Positions 31,345-42,393 of a stretch of 64,000 bases of DNA are shown here, one piece after another. Positions within the stretch are counted from its first letter, which is position 1, and each line of letters begins with the position of its first letter. Source of the DNA: the human T2T-CHM13v2.0 reference genome, Homo sapiens; the NCBI RefSeq assembly GCF_009914755.1, contig NC_060936.1; one strand, written 5' to 3'. The notes under the pieces are model-generated. The model ran no database searches. It was not told where the DNA came from and worked only from the letters and a program-made list of their open reading frames with translations. Both the position numbers and the translations under genes were made by a program.

Positions 31345-31775
31345 TTTTTTAAACTTTTATGTTCAGGGGTACGTGTGACAGCTTTTACATAGGTAAACTC
31401 ATGTCACGAAGTTTTATTGCACAAATTATTCATCACCCAGTTATTAAACCCAGTACCCAAAAGTTATGTTTTATGCTCATCTTCTTCCTCCCACCCTCCA
31501 CCCTCAATTAGTGTCTGTTGTTCCCTTCCTTGTGTTCAGGAGTTCTCATCATTTAGCTCCTACTTATAAGTGAAAACATGTAGTGTTTGGTTTTCTGTTC
31601 CTACATTAGTTTGCTAAGGATAATAGACTCCAGCTCCATTCATGTTTCCACAAAAGATATGATCTCATTCTTTTTTATGACTACATAGTATTCCATGGTA
31701 TATATGTACCACATTTTCTTTATCCAATCTGTCATTGTTGGGAATTTAGGTCGATTCCACATCTTTGCTATTGTT
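31345..31775 (-). mobile_element. L1PA15/16-like 3' end
   Basis: TTCAGGGGTACGTGTG..TACATAGGTAAACTCATGTCAC..TTCTCATCATTTAGCTCCTACTTATAAGTGA; degenerate TSD GAGAAGTTCTT / GAGAAACTCTT. Confidence 0.85.
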
Positions 31776-31897
31776 AGAGAAACTCTTAAAAGTACAAATT
31801 CACACAAATTCCTAGAGTTCCATCTTGTAAATCTAGCAAAAAAAATGTAGAAATCTTTTTTTTAATTACAAGAAACCCATATAACTATTATAGAGGT

Positions 31898-32416
31898 TGT
31901 GGCAGGCAGAACAATGACTCCTCCACTTCCCTAAAAAGCCCATGTCCTAATTTCTGGAACCTGTGAACATGGGAACTTACATAGAAAAAGTAATTTTCCA
32001 GATGTAATTATGATAAAGGATCTTGAGATACAGAAGAGTATCCTGGATTATACAGATGAGTCCAATCGAATCACATGAATCCTTAAAAGTAGGAAACTTT
32101 TTCCGGGGCTGCTCAGAGGGAGGCGTTGACTACAGAAGAATGGTCAGAGATATACAACCTTGCTGGCTTTGGAGATGGATGAAGGGGCCTTTAAAATAAG
32201 GAATTTCAGTGGCCTGTAGAAGCTGGAAAAAGCAAGAAACAGATTTTTCTCTAGAGCCCCAAGAAAGGAACACAGCCTTGCTGACACATTGATTTCAGCC
32301 CGGTGAGACCTGTGTTGTACTTCTACCCCACAGAATTATTTAGGTAATAAGTTTGTGTTGTTTTATGCCACTAAGATTTGTGGTAATTTTTACAGCCACA
32401 GCAGAAAACCAATACA
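31898..32416 (+). mobile_element. MLT1D solo LTR
   Basis: TGTGGCAGGCAGAACAATG..GGAACCTGTGAA..GCTGGCTTTGGAGATGGA..CAGCCTTGCTGACACATTGATTTCAGCCCGGTGAGAC..AGAAAACCAATACA. Confidence 0.85.
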
Positions 32417-34499
32417 CAAGTGGTCGAAGACCCATATTCTGAATTCCTGTTCAGCATTCAAAAACACTAAAATACAAAATCCAAAGACATTTTAATAGAA
32501 TAAGTGCAGTCTGTTTCTCAAAAGGGAAATGGTTTCTTTACTACACAACAATTGTTTAAATTCACTGATGGAGGTATTGTTTCTCCTTATGATGTGGTTC
32601 TAAAGCATATATAAAATTTTTATGTTTTTCATTTTCATCAAAAACTAAAGAAAAAAGAATAAAGTGATATGAGGATGAGGAATAAAAGAAACATTACAGA
32701 AGGAAGGAGGGAAATGATAAAAAAAACAAAAGGGGGAAACCGGGAGTTTTTTTGAACTTTACTGGGGTAAGCAGCCTGATAACATATTTTAATCCTTTCA
32801 TATTACAAACAAATACAAAGGCCTGACAAGCTAAGAAAAGCATATCATGAAGTGGCCTAAATGCCACAGCTGTTCTACAATGTAGTGTTATTTTTTTCTG
32901 AATATGCTATTATGTCCTGTGAAGCACATGTGCATCAGTAATTTTTCTTCTGTTCTAAATTTGTCTCGCTCTCACTATTCCATATTCAATCAAAACTGTT
33001 TGCATCTCTCCTCCCCAAACATTTTAATTTTTCTTACTTCAGTGATAAAATCTCTGAGCTTCCTAAACACTCTATGTTGCCCAAATCCTGGATTCTGAAT
33101 CAATACATTTTTAAACCCAATAACCCAAACACATTTTCTAAACCTCTTTTCTAGGGCCAACCACAAGTAAAACAAAGTGAAGCATGTCTTTGGGAAATTA
33201 TTTTATCCTGAAAAAGACCACAGTCACTCCCATGGGTTGGAAAAGCCAAGGCTATATGGAAAGTCCCTAAATTGTTTGTAAGCATTGGGGTAGGATAATT
33301 TGGGGGCTATAAATGAGGTTTAGGTATCCATTATATTTCAAAGCTTAAGATTAGGTTCAGAGGAAGCGGCAGTTTGAACATATAGTAGTTAATATGTAAA
33401 TGATATAACCCTCCAGCTTGGTAAGAGAAAGTGATCTTGGTGATTCTTTGACCTAACTGAACCTCAGCCTGGATCTAGCTAAATATGCCACCAACTTGGT
33501 GTGCTCTCTCTTAGGAAAGCCGTTTTTCTCCTACCACATTTGTTTGAGTTGAAGGCCGTCATTACCAGAAATGGTCAATGCTTACTAACATACGCATTGT
33601 TACATAGAAGTAACTAATTTCTGCTGACACAATAATCCACAGGGATCTTGGTCTATCATAAACCATCTCTCTCTCTCTTTGTTAATGTCTTAGTGCACCT
33701 TTAGCACTTTACTTCTCCTCCAGACCACTCATCCAATACTCCAGCCATCCCAATGATCATTAAGTCAAAGCATTATGGATAATTCACGGATGCAATTAGC
33801 TCTGTTATAATGTTTGCTCTGAAAATGTTGACTTTGTTTCAATACAATTGATATGTTAGGGAACAATTTGAGCATAACAGAATTTTGAATTTGCTTATGT
33901 ATGCTTTTGTCAGTGAGCTCTAAATCTTTGGAGACTTTTTTAAAAAATTGGAACTACATCTAATGAAAGATTACAGTTTTGATCATTATGTCTCTTAAAT
34001 CATCTTTTAATCTAAAACACTTCATACTTGTTTTTTAATGATGCTAATTTTATTTTGAAGGGGGAATAAGGTCAAGTTGTCTTCTAGAATTTCTTAGATT
34101 GTTTTCTAGGCTTGTCCGATTATATGCTCATGGTCTAATAACACTTGTTCCTCTCTCCATTATATTTTCTGTAAATTGTCAGTTATGTCTAAAGTCTCCA
34201 TTAGAATCAGGTTAGATATTTTGGGAAGAACACTTGATAGGTGATAAATGTGAACTTTTTTCTTCCTTTTTTCCTTTCTTCTTTCTTTTCTTTCTTCTTT
34301 ATTTCTTCTTTCATTTTCCTTCCTTCCTTCCCTCCTGCCTTCTATCAACTGGGTCTATTTGTTATTCTGCCAAAGTTTCTACTGACAAGTCAAGAAAAGT
34401 GCTTAATTCTTCCCCTCTAATTACCAATTTTCAAAATAAGATAAAATGTTTTAAAAGTATGCATTGCAAAATTATGATGAAGTTAAAAAATTAGAAAGA

Positions 34500-35160
34500 A
34501 ATCCTTATTACACATATTATAGATAATGGCTAATTGCCCTAAAGAAAAAAAAAAAAAACTCCTATAATCAGTAAGAAAAAAACTAAAACTCCAGTAGAAA
34601 ATGGGAAAAACAAACAGCTCTCATTACAGAGAAATGAAAATCACTCAAATGTAGTATGCTCAACATCACTTATTTCACCTATCCAATGGACACATATCAA
34701 AGACATATCAGTGTACAAATTTTATCAATATACGAATTTTATCAATATATAATAATCATATAATAATGAAATCATATAATAATGAAATAAAAGTATTTTA
34801 AAATGATGTAAAGATACAGGTGTTCCCATGTGTTGCTACTAGGAGTCTAAATTGTCACAACCCATATGGAGAGCCCATTTGTTAATTACCAACATGAAAA
34901 ATCCACAGACACTTTGACCCAGCAATTCTCCTTCAAGAATTTAGTCTATGGTTATTCCCATACAAACTCCAACTATATTTTTAATAAGAAAAGTTGAAAA
35001 CAATTAAAGTGTCTATTAGTTAGAGTTGATTAAGAAAATGCAAATTTGAAAAGTTTATGAAATAGAATACTAGGCAACAACAGAAAAGATTAGGGCATAA
35101 TAATGTGAAATAATTTCATATATATTTTAAGTGAAAAGGTAACATGCTGAAAAGTATGTC
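34500..35160 (+). mobile_element. L1ME-like fragment
   Basis: ATCAGTAAGAAAAAAAC..CCAGTAGAAAATGGG..ATGCTCAACATCACT..CTTTGACCCAGCAATTCTCCTTC. Confidence 0.6.
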
Positions 35161-35448
35161 TAGATCACCTAATGAATGAGTGTAGTTAGAGAGGAGAAAT
35201 TCAAGAACTGAGGTCTAAGGCTCTTCAACATTTACAGTTTGAGAAAGGAAACAAAAACCAACAGAGAAGACTGAAAATGAGAAGCCAGTGAGGTGAAAAC
35301 AAAATCAAGCTAGTATAGTGACGGAAAAAGCTTATTCCCTCCAGATAAGTTTAGCCTTCTTTCCCAGAAAAATAAAACCCTCAATTTTCCCTAAGTCCCT
35401 GGATGCCCAGAATAAATGCTGTATTTTTAATCTTCCCTAACAAGGGTG

Positions 35449-35876
35449 TGTAGTGAGTTGGATAGTGTGCCCTCAAATTTATGCAGACTTGAATGTGACC
35501 TTAGTTGAAATACCATCTTGGCAAATATAATTAAGCATCTCAAGATGAAGTCATTCTGAATTGAGGGGATAAGGCCTAAGTCCAATGACTGCTCTCCTTA
35601 TAAGAGCAGAGAGCCCAGAGAAACACAAAAATATGCATAGAAAAGAATGCCATGTAAAGATGGAGGCAGAGATTGGGGTTATTCTAGCATGAGCAATGGA
35701 AGGCCTGGAGCCACATAAATTGGAAGAAGAATTCTTCCCTAGAGCCTACAGGGGGATCATGGCCCTGCTGACCTTGACTTCTGACTTCTAGCCCCAAGAA
35801 CTGTGAGAGAATAAAATTCTGTTGTTTGAAGCCACCCAGTTTGTGATGACTGTGGCAGCCCTAGAAAACTTATACA
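35449..35876 (+). mobile_element. MLT1B/C solo LTR
   Basis: TGTAGTGAGTTGGATAGTG..GAATGTGACCTTA..GGAGGCAGAGATTGG..CCAAGAACTGTGAGAGAATAAA..GCAGCCCTAGAAAACTTATACA. Confidence 0.85.
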
Positions 35877-36549
35877 GAGGATATAGCCATCTATTTAGAT
35901 TTTGACCTATCAGATACTGTAGACTATGTGGATATTCTGGGTTATACCTTTAAAAGGAAAGAGTTTCTCTTTGACTAGAATGTGGACTTAAGGTGAGTAC
36001 ATTGGACGTGCAGATAAGTTAAGGGTAACGACCTAGGAAGCAAGAAAATTGAAGGTGTCTATTCTAGGTGATTTTGCAGCGATCATGCCAGTTTTAATTT
36101 GTATGTAACCAAAGAAAATTAGATTATGTTTTCTTTAAGTCATAGTTATGCTGGGGCTTTGTCATAGCAGATAAACCAACATCCAAAATAATACAAGAAA
36201 AGAGTTTTAAGAAAGAAGGAGTGATCAGCTGAACCCAATGCTCCCGAGAGGTCCAACAGGGTGAAGACTAAAGCCTGAGCATGTAATTGGACAGATTAAA
36301 GTTAGTAATGACTCAATAGTGCTGTTTGAACCAGAATATTATGAACAAGAGCCTATTTGGAGTAAGCCCTAGTGAGAATGAAAGGTAAGAAGGTAGAGAC
36401 AGTAAATATAGATAGTGCTTTCGGGGAGTTTTACTATACACAAGGAGAAAGAAATGAAACAGTAGCTGGAAGAAAGCCAAAGGAATCCTTTTCTTTGTTT
36501 CAAAATTACCTCCTGAGTATTTCTCAATCTTACCTACTTTATGTGTCTT

Positions 36550-37145
36550 CATTTCTCTCTTCCTAAGCCAACTTATAATTATAGCCCACCTGGACCACTG
36601 CAGTAGGCTGCTAATTCATCTATTTTACCAATCCTTGCCCATCTCTAAACAATTCTCCACACATCAGCTAGTATAATTTTTTAAAACATAAATACATCAC
36701 TACAGTGTTTCACACTTCTCTGTGATTTCCCTGTGTGATGAGATTTAAATGTAAAATCCATAAAACACTAGCCCACATCATACCTTTATCATGCTTTGTG
36801 CTCAAGCCAGGGTCACAGAGTGTCTCCTATCCTGCACTAAGGAAATGGTGTACTGAAGCTATACATTTCACATTCTATGCAGCCTATTGGGCAGCCCTTG
36901 AACTGGTCATACACACGTCTTTTCATGCCCAGCACTTTCATTCTCATGGCTTTTAATGACATTTTTCTCTCTATCTGAAAAAAGAATTCCTTTTCCAATT
37001 CTTTACCTACCTTGTTCCAAATCATTCTTCAACTGTTAGCTAAACATAGCTTCTGAGAGAAGCTTTCCTGAATTTACCACAAATTAGAGCCCTATCATAT
37101 ACTCTCATGGCTTTTTGCACATTTCTGTCATAGCACTTATTTATT
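36550..37145 (+). mobile_element. L2 fragment
   Basis: CACCTGGACCACTGCAGTAGG, ATTCTCCACACATCAGCTAG, TTCTGAGAGAAGCTTTCCTGA, TCATAGCACTTAT. Confidence 0.55.
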
Positions 37146-37154
37146 TCCATTAAA

Positions 37155-37534
37155 TTTCTTTCCTTCCTTCCTCCCTTCCTTCCTCCCTCCCTCCCTCTCT
37201 CTCTCTTTCTTTCTTTTCTTCCTTCTGTCCTTCCTTCCTTCTTTCATTTTGAGACAAGGTCTCACTCTGTTGTCCAGGCTAAAGAGTACAGTGGTACAAT
37301 ATTATGGCTCACTGCAGCCTCAAACTTCCCAGCTCAAGCAATCCTCCCACCTCAGCCTCCTGAGTAGCTGGAACCACAGAAGCATCACCATGCCCAGCTA
37401 ATTTTTTTATTTATGGTAGAGATGGTGTTTCTCCATGTTGTCCAGGCTGGTCTCAAACTCCTGGGCTCAAGTGATCTGCCCACCTCGGCCTCCCAAAGTG
37501 TTGGGATTACAGGTGTGAGCCACTATGCCTGACC
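37155..37534 (-). mobile_element. AluJ with long (CCTT)/(CT) tail
   Basis: GCTCAAGCAATCCTCCCACC and CTCCTGGGCTCAAGTGATC (J-type); tail expanded into a TC-rich simple repeat 37155-37245. Confidence 0.9.
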
Positions 37535-37577
37535 AAATTGAATTTCTCATTTATGCAATTGTATATTTAATGAAAGG

Positions 37578-37820
37578 GCTCATAGCAGGTGATTAAGAGC
37601 ACAAGCTCTGGAACCTGACCAGCTGGGTTTAAATTCAGACTCAGCTACTTCCCATTGTGTCTTGCGATAAAATGCATAACTATCCCCAAGTCCCTCATCT
37701 GTAAAATGGGATAATTATAGTTAATATCTGATGGAGTCATTTTGGGAATATGGATTAAATATACAAATGTCTAAATGTAGAACATGTGTATTACTTGATA
37801 TGTGTCACGGCACATAATTC
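37578..37820 (+). mobile_element. MIR
   Basis: GATTAAGAGCACAAGCTCTGGAACCTGAC..CTGGGTTTAAATTCAGACTC..CCTCATCTGTAAAATGGGATAAT. Confidence 0.8.
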
Positions 37821-38089
37821 GGACATGAAACAATTATATGTGAATGGAAAGACACTTGTCAGTTCTATGAGTAACATGGCTATAATTTTAGTTATTATGA
37901 AGGCTGGGTCATAACAGACTTATTTCATTTTATAATTGCAGACTATTTGCTGCACTCTTGCATATTTAGTTAAAGTATATGTTTCTTTTAAAAGGATCTA
38001 TATACATGTGTGGAAAATACCACAGATGGCACAAATACACAAATCGTATTTTTCTTTCTTACCTTGACCAAAGTACATCCTAGGTGCAG

Positions 38090-38430
38090 AATACTAAAAT
38101 TCCAAGCTTTCTAGTAGCCAGAAACGGTAACAGGTGACCAAGTTCTGGCTAATGAGAAGGGTGCAGAAATCCCTGGGAGGGTTTTCCTCCCCAAATCAAA
38201 AGATAAATCCTTGGGACGGGAGGGCTTAATTTGGTATGTTTACTTCACCCTTGGCTGAATTTCACTATTCAGAATTCAGTTGTGATGCCTAGAAGTGCAG
38301 CAGCCATTTTCTGCCCCCATGAGATCCAAAGCCACATGCTTAAGAATGGTAGACCAAGGGAATGGAAAGGCTCTCCTTGTATGGCTATAGCATCCCTGAA
38401 CGTCCACACTGGGTTTCTTGTTATATGAGC
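38090..38430 (+). mobile_element. Old MLT1 (MLT1J-like) fragment
   Basis: GTGACCAAGTTCTGGCTAATGAGA, GTGATGCCTAGAAGTGCAGCAGCCATTTT, CACATGCTTAAGAATGGTAGA. Confidence 0.55.
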
Positions 38431-38435
38431 AACAT

Positions 38436-38866
38436 TGACCCTGAAAGACTGAATATACAGATCTATGGAAAAAGAACTCTGATCTACATTCAAAGTCCTG
38501 ATAGCCAAACCACGATCTGCAGCAATTGGCCTGGAATGATCAGGGCTTTGTCAAGGGTGATGGACAACTTCCCTCTTCTATTTCTAATTTAGAACCAAAC
38601 AGAGAAAGCAATTTTCCCCCCAAACCAATCACATAAAATGCCCTAAATCTAATTGTGCCACCTCCATCTTTCCCATGCCAACAACCTACAATCAGAGCAA
38701 TAAGGAAAAAACCTTATCTTTTTCCACTGCCTTGCTTTCCAACTTTTCTAATTGCCTTTGAATCTCTGCCAAATGCAAATGATAGTGTCTGACTCCCTTA
38801 CTTAGAAAGTTCACAATAGATAGCTTCTTCTTGTTCTCCTTTGAGTGGTCTTCACTGATTTTCACA
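38436..38866 (+). mobile_element. ERV1 LTR (MER110/MER90-like)
   Basis: AAAGAACTCTGA, CCCCAAACCAATCACATAAAATGCC, CTTTGAATCTCTGCCAAA; ends ATTTTCACA. Confidence 0.45.
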
Positions 38867-39011
38867 ATCCCACATTTGTTTAAACATCTGTTTGCCAGTT
38901 TTGTGTTGCTCAAAGCTAAGGGAAATCCTAATGCACTATTATTTTGTTGTTATTTTAAGTAATCTACTACATTTTATATTACTAATAAGCAAAGAAATTT
39001 GTTCCATAGTG

Positions 39012-39165
39012 CAGTGCTTCCCAAATTTTAACGCAGCATAAATGTCTGGGAGTTCTGATTTCGTAGGCCTGGGGTGAGGCCCAAGACTTAACATTTCTAA
39101 TAAACAAACTCCCAAGTAACATCAGTGTTACAGATACAAAGACAACACTTTGCATAGCAAGGCTA
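39012..39165. mobile_element. MER5A (hAT-Charlie)
   Basis: CAGTGCTTCCCAAATTTTAA..TTCTGATTTCGTAGGCCTGGGGTGAGGCCCAAGA..CATTTCTAATAAAC..CACTTTGCATAGCA. Confidence 0.75.
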
Positions 39166-40369
39166 TAGTGGATATCTTCCAGCTGGCATTTAGGCATTTC
39201 TCCCTTCAATGACAACTTTATTAACATTAAAAAAAATACCACTTTCCTCTCTTTATTAGGGGAAGATGAATACTGAAAAGCACACACGTCTAGCCAAAGA
39301 AGTGCAAGTGTTTTTTTTTTTTTTTTTTTTTTAATTTTCTCCTTGCCCCGATCTTTGAATCTTTGGTTTTGGGGGGCTCTCTGGTTTCTCTTCTAGACCA
39401 TCTGTGTAGTCAAATCAGAAAGAGTTTTTCAAAATTCACTAGAAGACCAAGGATCTAATCTGAATCTGTCATTCAAACACACTCTTTCTTGTGAAATGAG
39501 ATGAGAGATGGTGCCTGACAGTCTGGGTGCTGCAGTCCTTGACTACCCAACGGTCACACAATCTGGCCCTCCAACATCAAAATGATGAGACAGAAATGTT
39601 TTGTTAATGAGATGAAAATGTTTTTAGAATGAGTGCTGAGTCTCCAACAGATAAATATGAGAATGAGACATAAGGGAATTCATCATCAAATATTCTTTCA
39701 TATGCCACATTTTTTTACACTTGCAACAAACATACAGCATTTTCCAAACCACTCTGTTATGCAAACTTGGTAAAAATAAAAAGGAGGGGTACCCCACCAT
39801 AATAGATAATAAATCTATTTCTTAACATCACGGAAGTTGTGCTCTAAATTTCTGGAGATCTCACTTGTTGAAAATTTAGTGAGACTGAGCCTGAAACCTT
39901 GTTTAAACAAAATCTTCACCACAGGCCTTATCAACAGAAGAAATAAAATCTTTGAACCCAGTGGTTATCTTTTTTCTGGTCATCTTGAAATGAATAAAAT
40001 TCAAATAGAATTTGGCACTGTTCCCAGTGGTCACAAAGGCTATCTTGTCTCAATTAATTTATTACCACCTTGGTTTTAAAAACACTGTAAACAAAGCTAC
40101 CAAGAACACACAGTTTTGAGAATTGTAAGTCAGACTAGCTGCTCATTTCATAGTGAAGCCATCATCAAACCACTTTTCCTGGCACCTGGAAATCTGTAAC
40201 ACCCACTGAAAGAGTGAAGGACCACTGTATCTCCTGATATCTGATATATAGATATAAAGCCTGTGTAACTAGCAATTACATCTTAATAAAGTGGTAATCT
40301 GGCAATCTTTGTGTTCTGATAGCATAACAAAGTAAATGCAGTCTTCAACTGGATAGATGACTGGTATGG

Positions 40370-40912
40370 CCTGAATATTTCTCCTGACTAAACTTGTTTG
40401 ACTAAAACTTCAGGCAGACTTCTTGACTCTAGCCCCTGACCTCCCTTTTCTTAAAGCATCTACCTTAGAAAACTTTCAATTATAGATTCTTTCTCTCCCA
40501 CTTTGAGTAGATATTTTTTAAGCCTCTTACAAGTTTTAAACCTTAGGAATGTCTTTCTCATGGATCTTGGTGCCATTTCTTTGAAAAATAATCATCAAAG
40601 AAGATAGTGCCCTCATTTTCCAATCTCTGTAGGAGGATAAGTGCCTAATTTCTGTGGGTACCTTGCTTCAAGTTGTAAAACTACCTCCTGCCATGAAGAC
40701 AGGAGAAAGACTACTTTTCTTTTGAGTAAGGCCAACTAGCAAAAACAGTGGCCTAAGAATCTTTCTACCTCAGCAATTAAGAACTCTCCTACCATTTGTT
40801 TCGGTGGAGTTGAGTTCAGCGTGAATTTCGGCCTCTCTGCCCTTTCATCATAATCTTGAATAAAGCCTTCCTTGTCTGTTTAACTTTATCTACTGCAATT
40901 TTTGCTTTGACA
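40370..40912 (+). mobile_element. MER67-like (ERV1) solo LTR
   Basis: CCCTGACCTCCCTTTTCTTAAAGCAT..ATCATCAAAGAAGATAGTGCCC..AAAACTACCTCCTG..AATAAAG..TTTGACA. Confidence 0.7.
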
Positions 40913-41781
40913 TAGGCAAACATTCAACTATGTAATTTATTATTAAACAAATGTAGCCATGTTCACTAACACATACACAACTAAAAAGATTAGTAAGAGG
41001 GGACAATTTTCTAACTAGGACTACCATTGCAACCACAAACACAACAGAAACATGAGCCTTCTGGACTAGAGGAAAGCAACAAGAAATTAGTTTATTACAT
41101 CTCACAACAAACATGTCTTAATTTTATACCATATTCCAGGTAAAATGTAAGAAAATGGTGGTACAGAGATGAAAGGCACACTCTGCTCACTGTGGCACAC
41201 TAGGCTCTTAGGGGAATCTGCAATGTAAATCAACAATTGTAATTCAGTATGGTAATTGCGTTCAGAGGAGTACAAGCACAGAGTCTTTAGAAGGTCAAAG
41301 AGAAGTATGGAATTTAGATTGGGGAGGTTTTAGAGAGTAAGTGACATTAGAATTACAACTTGAAGGATCAGTAGGTATTAACCAGGCACAGAGTTAGAGA
41401 GCAGTGAATCCTGGGAACGGGAGGCATATGCACAAGCCTAGAAACAAGAAAAGGCATAGCATAAAATGAGATGATCAATAGTTCAGGGTGTGACTGGTTC
41501 ATAAAGTGTGTGTGGAGCCATTGACGCTCTTCATCCCTCACCACGCAACACATCGGTTAGTAAATGCTTTCAGTTCATCTTCCAAAACAAAAACACAAGT
41601 CTGTCCACTTCTCTCCATTTCTACCCTACTGCAGACAACTTTGAAAAAAACAGAATATATTTTAAGGTTTCCATTTCAGGTGCTCACAATTGAGTCTTTT
41701 CTGTTTGAGAAAGTTTATAACACTAGTAAAATGGTTAGCATTTATTTTGTCTTTTTATTCATTTATTTTGGCTTACCATAG

Positions 41782-42393
41782 TGTAAACCCAAATTAAATT
41801 TTAGGGCCCCCTAACTATCTGAATAGACCTCCCCTCTCAGCCAAGGGGACTCCAAAGTTAAACTGAAAAACCTAGCTCAGGTCATGATGGAAGGAGGGGT
41901 CCAACATTCCTCATTAAAACCTCCTCTCTTTTGAAATTCAGGAAAATCCAATCAGCATTAACATCAATGCAGACCCTAAGTATGATAAGAAGCATTTACA
42001 ATCTACTCTCTCAGAAGCCTGCTACTTGGAGGCTTCATCTGCATGATAAACCCTTTGCCTCTGTAATAACTTACTGTAACACATACATTCCTTTCTATTG
42101 ATCATAACTCTTTCAACCAATTGCCAATCAGAACAATTTTAAATTTATGTATGACCTGGAAGCCCCCCACCTTTGAGTTGTCCTGCCTTTCCAGATCAAA
42201 CCACTGTAAATCTTACATGTATTGATAGATGTATTCTGTGTCCCTAAAATATATGAAAGCAAGCTGTACCCCAACCTCCTTGGGTACATCTCATTAGAAC
42301 TTCCTAAGGCTGTGCCACAAGCTCATCCTTAACTTTGACAAAATAAAGTTTCCGAATTGACTGAGACCTGACTCAGACACTTTTGGGATCATA
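41782..42393 (+). mobile_element. MER4 (MER4B/D-like) solo LTR inside L2
   Basis: TGTAAACCCAAATTAAATTTTAGGGCCCCCTAACTATCTGAATAGACC..AATTGACTGAGACCTGACTCAGACACTTTTGGGATCATA; perfect 4-bp TSD ATAG. Confidence 0.88.
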
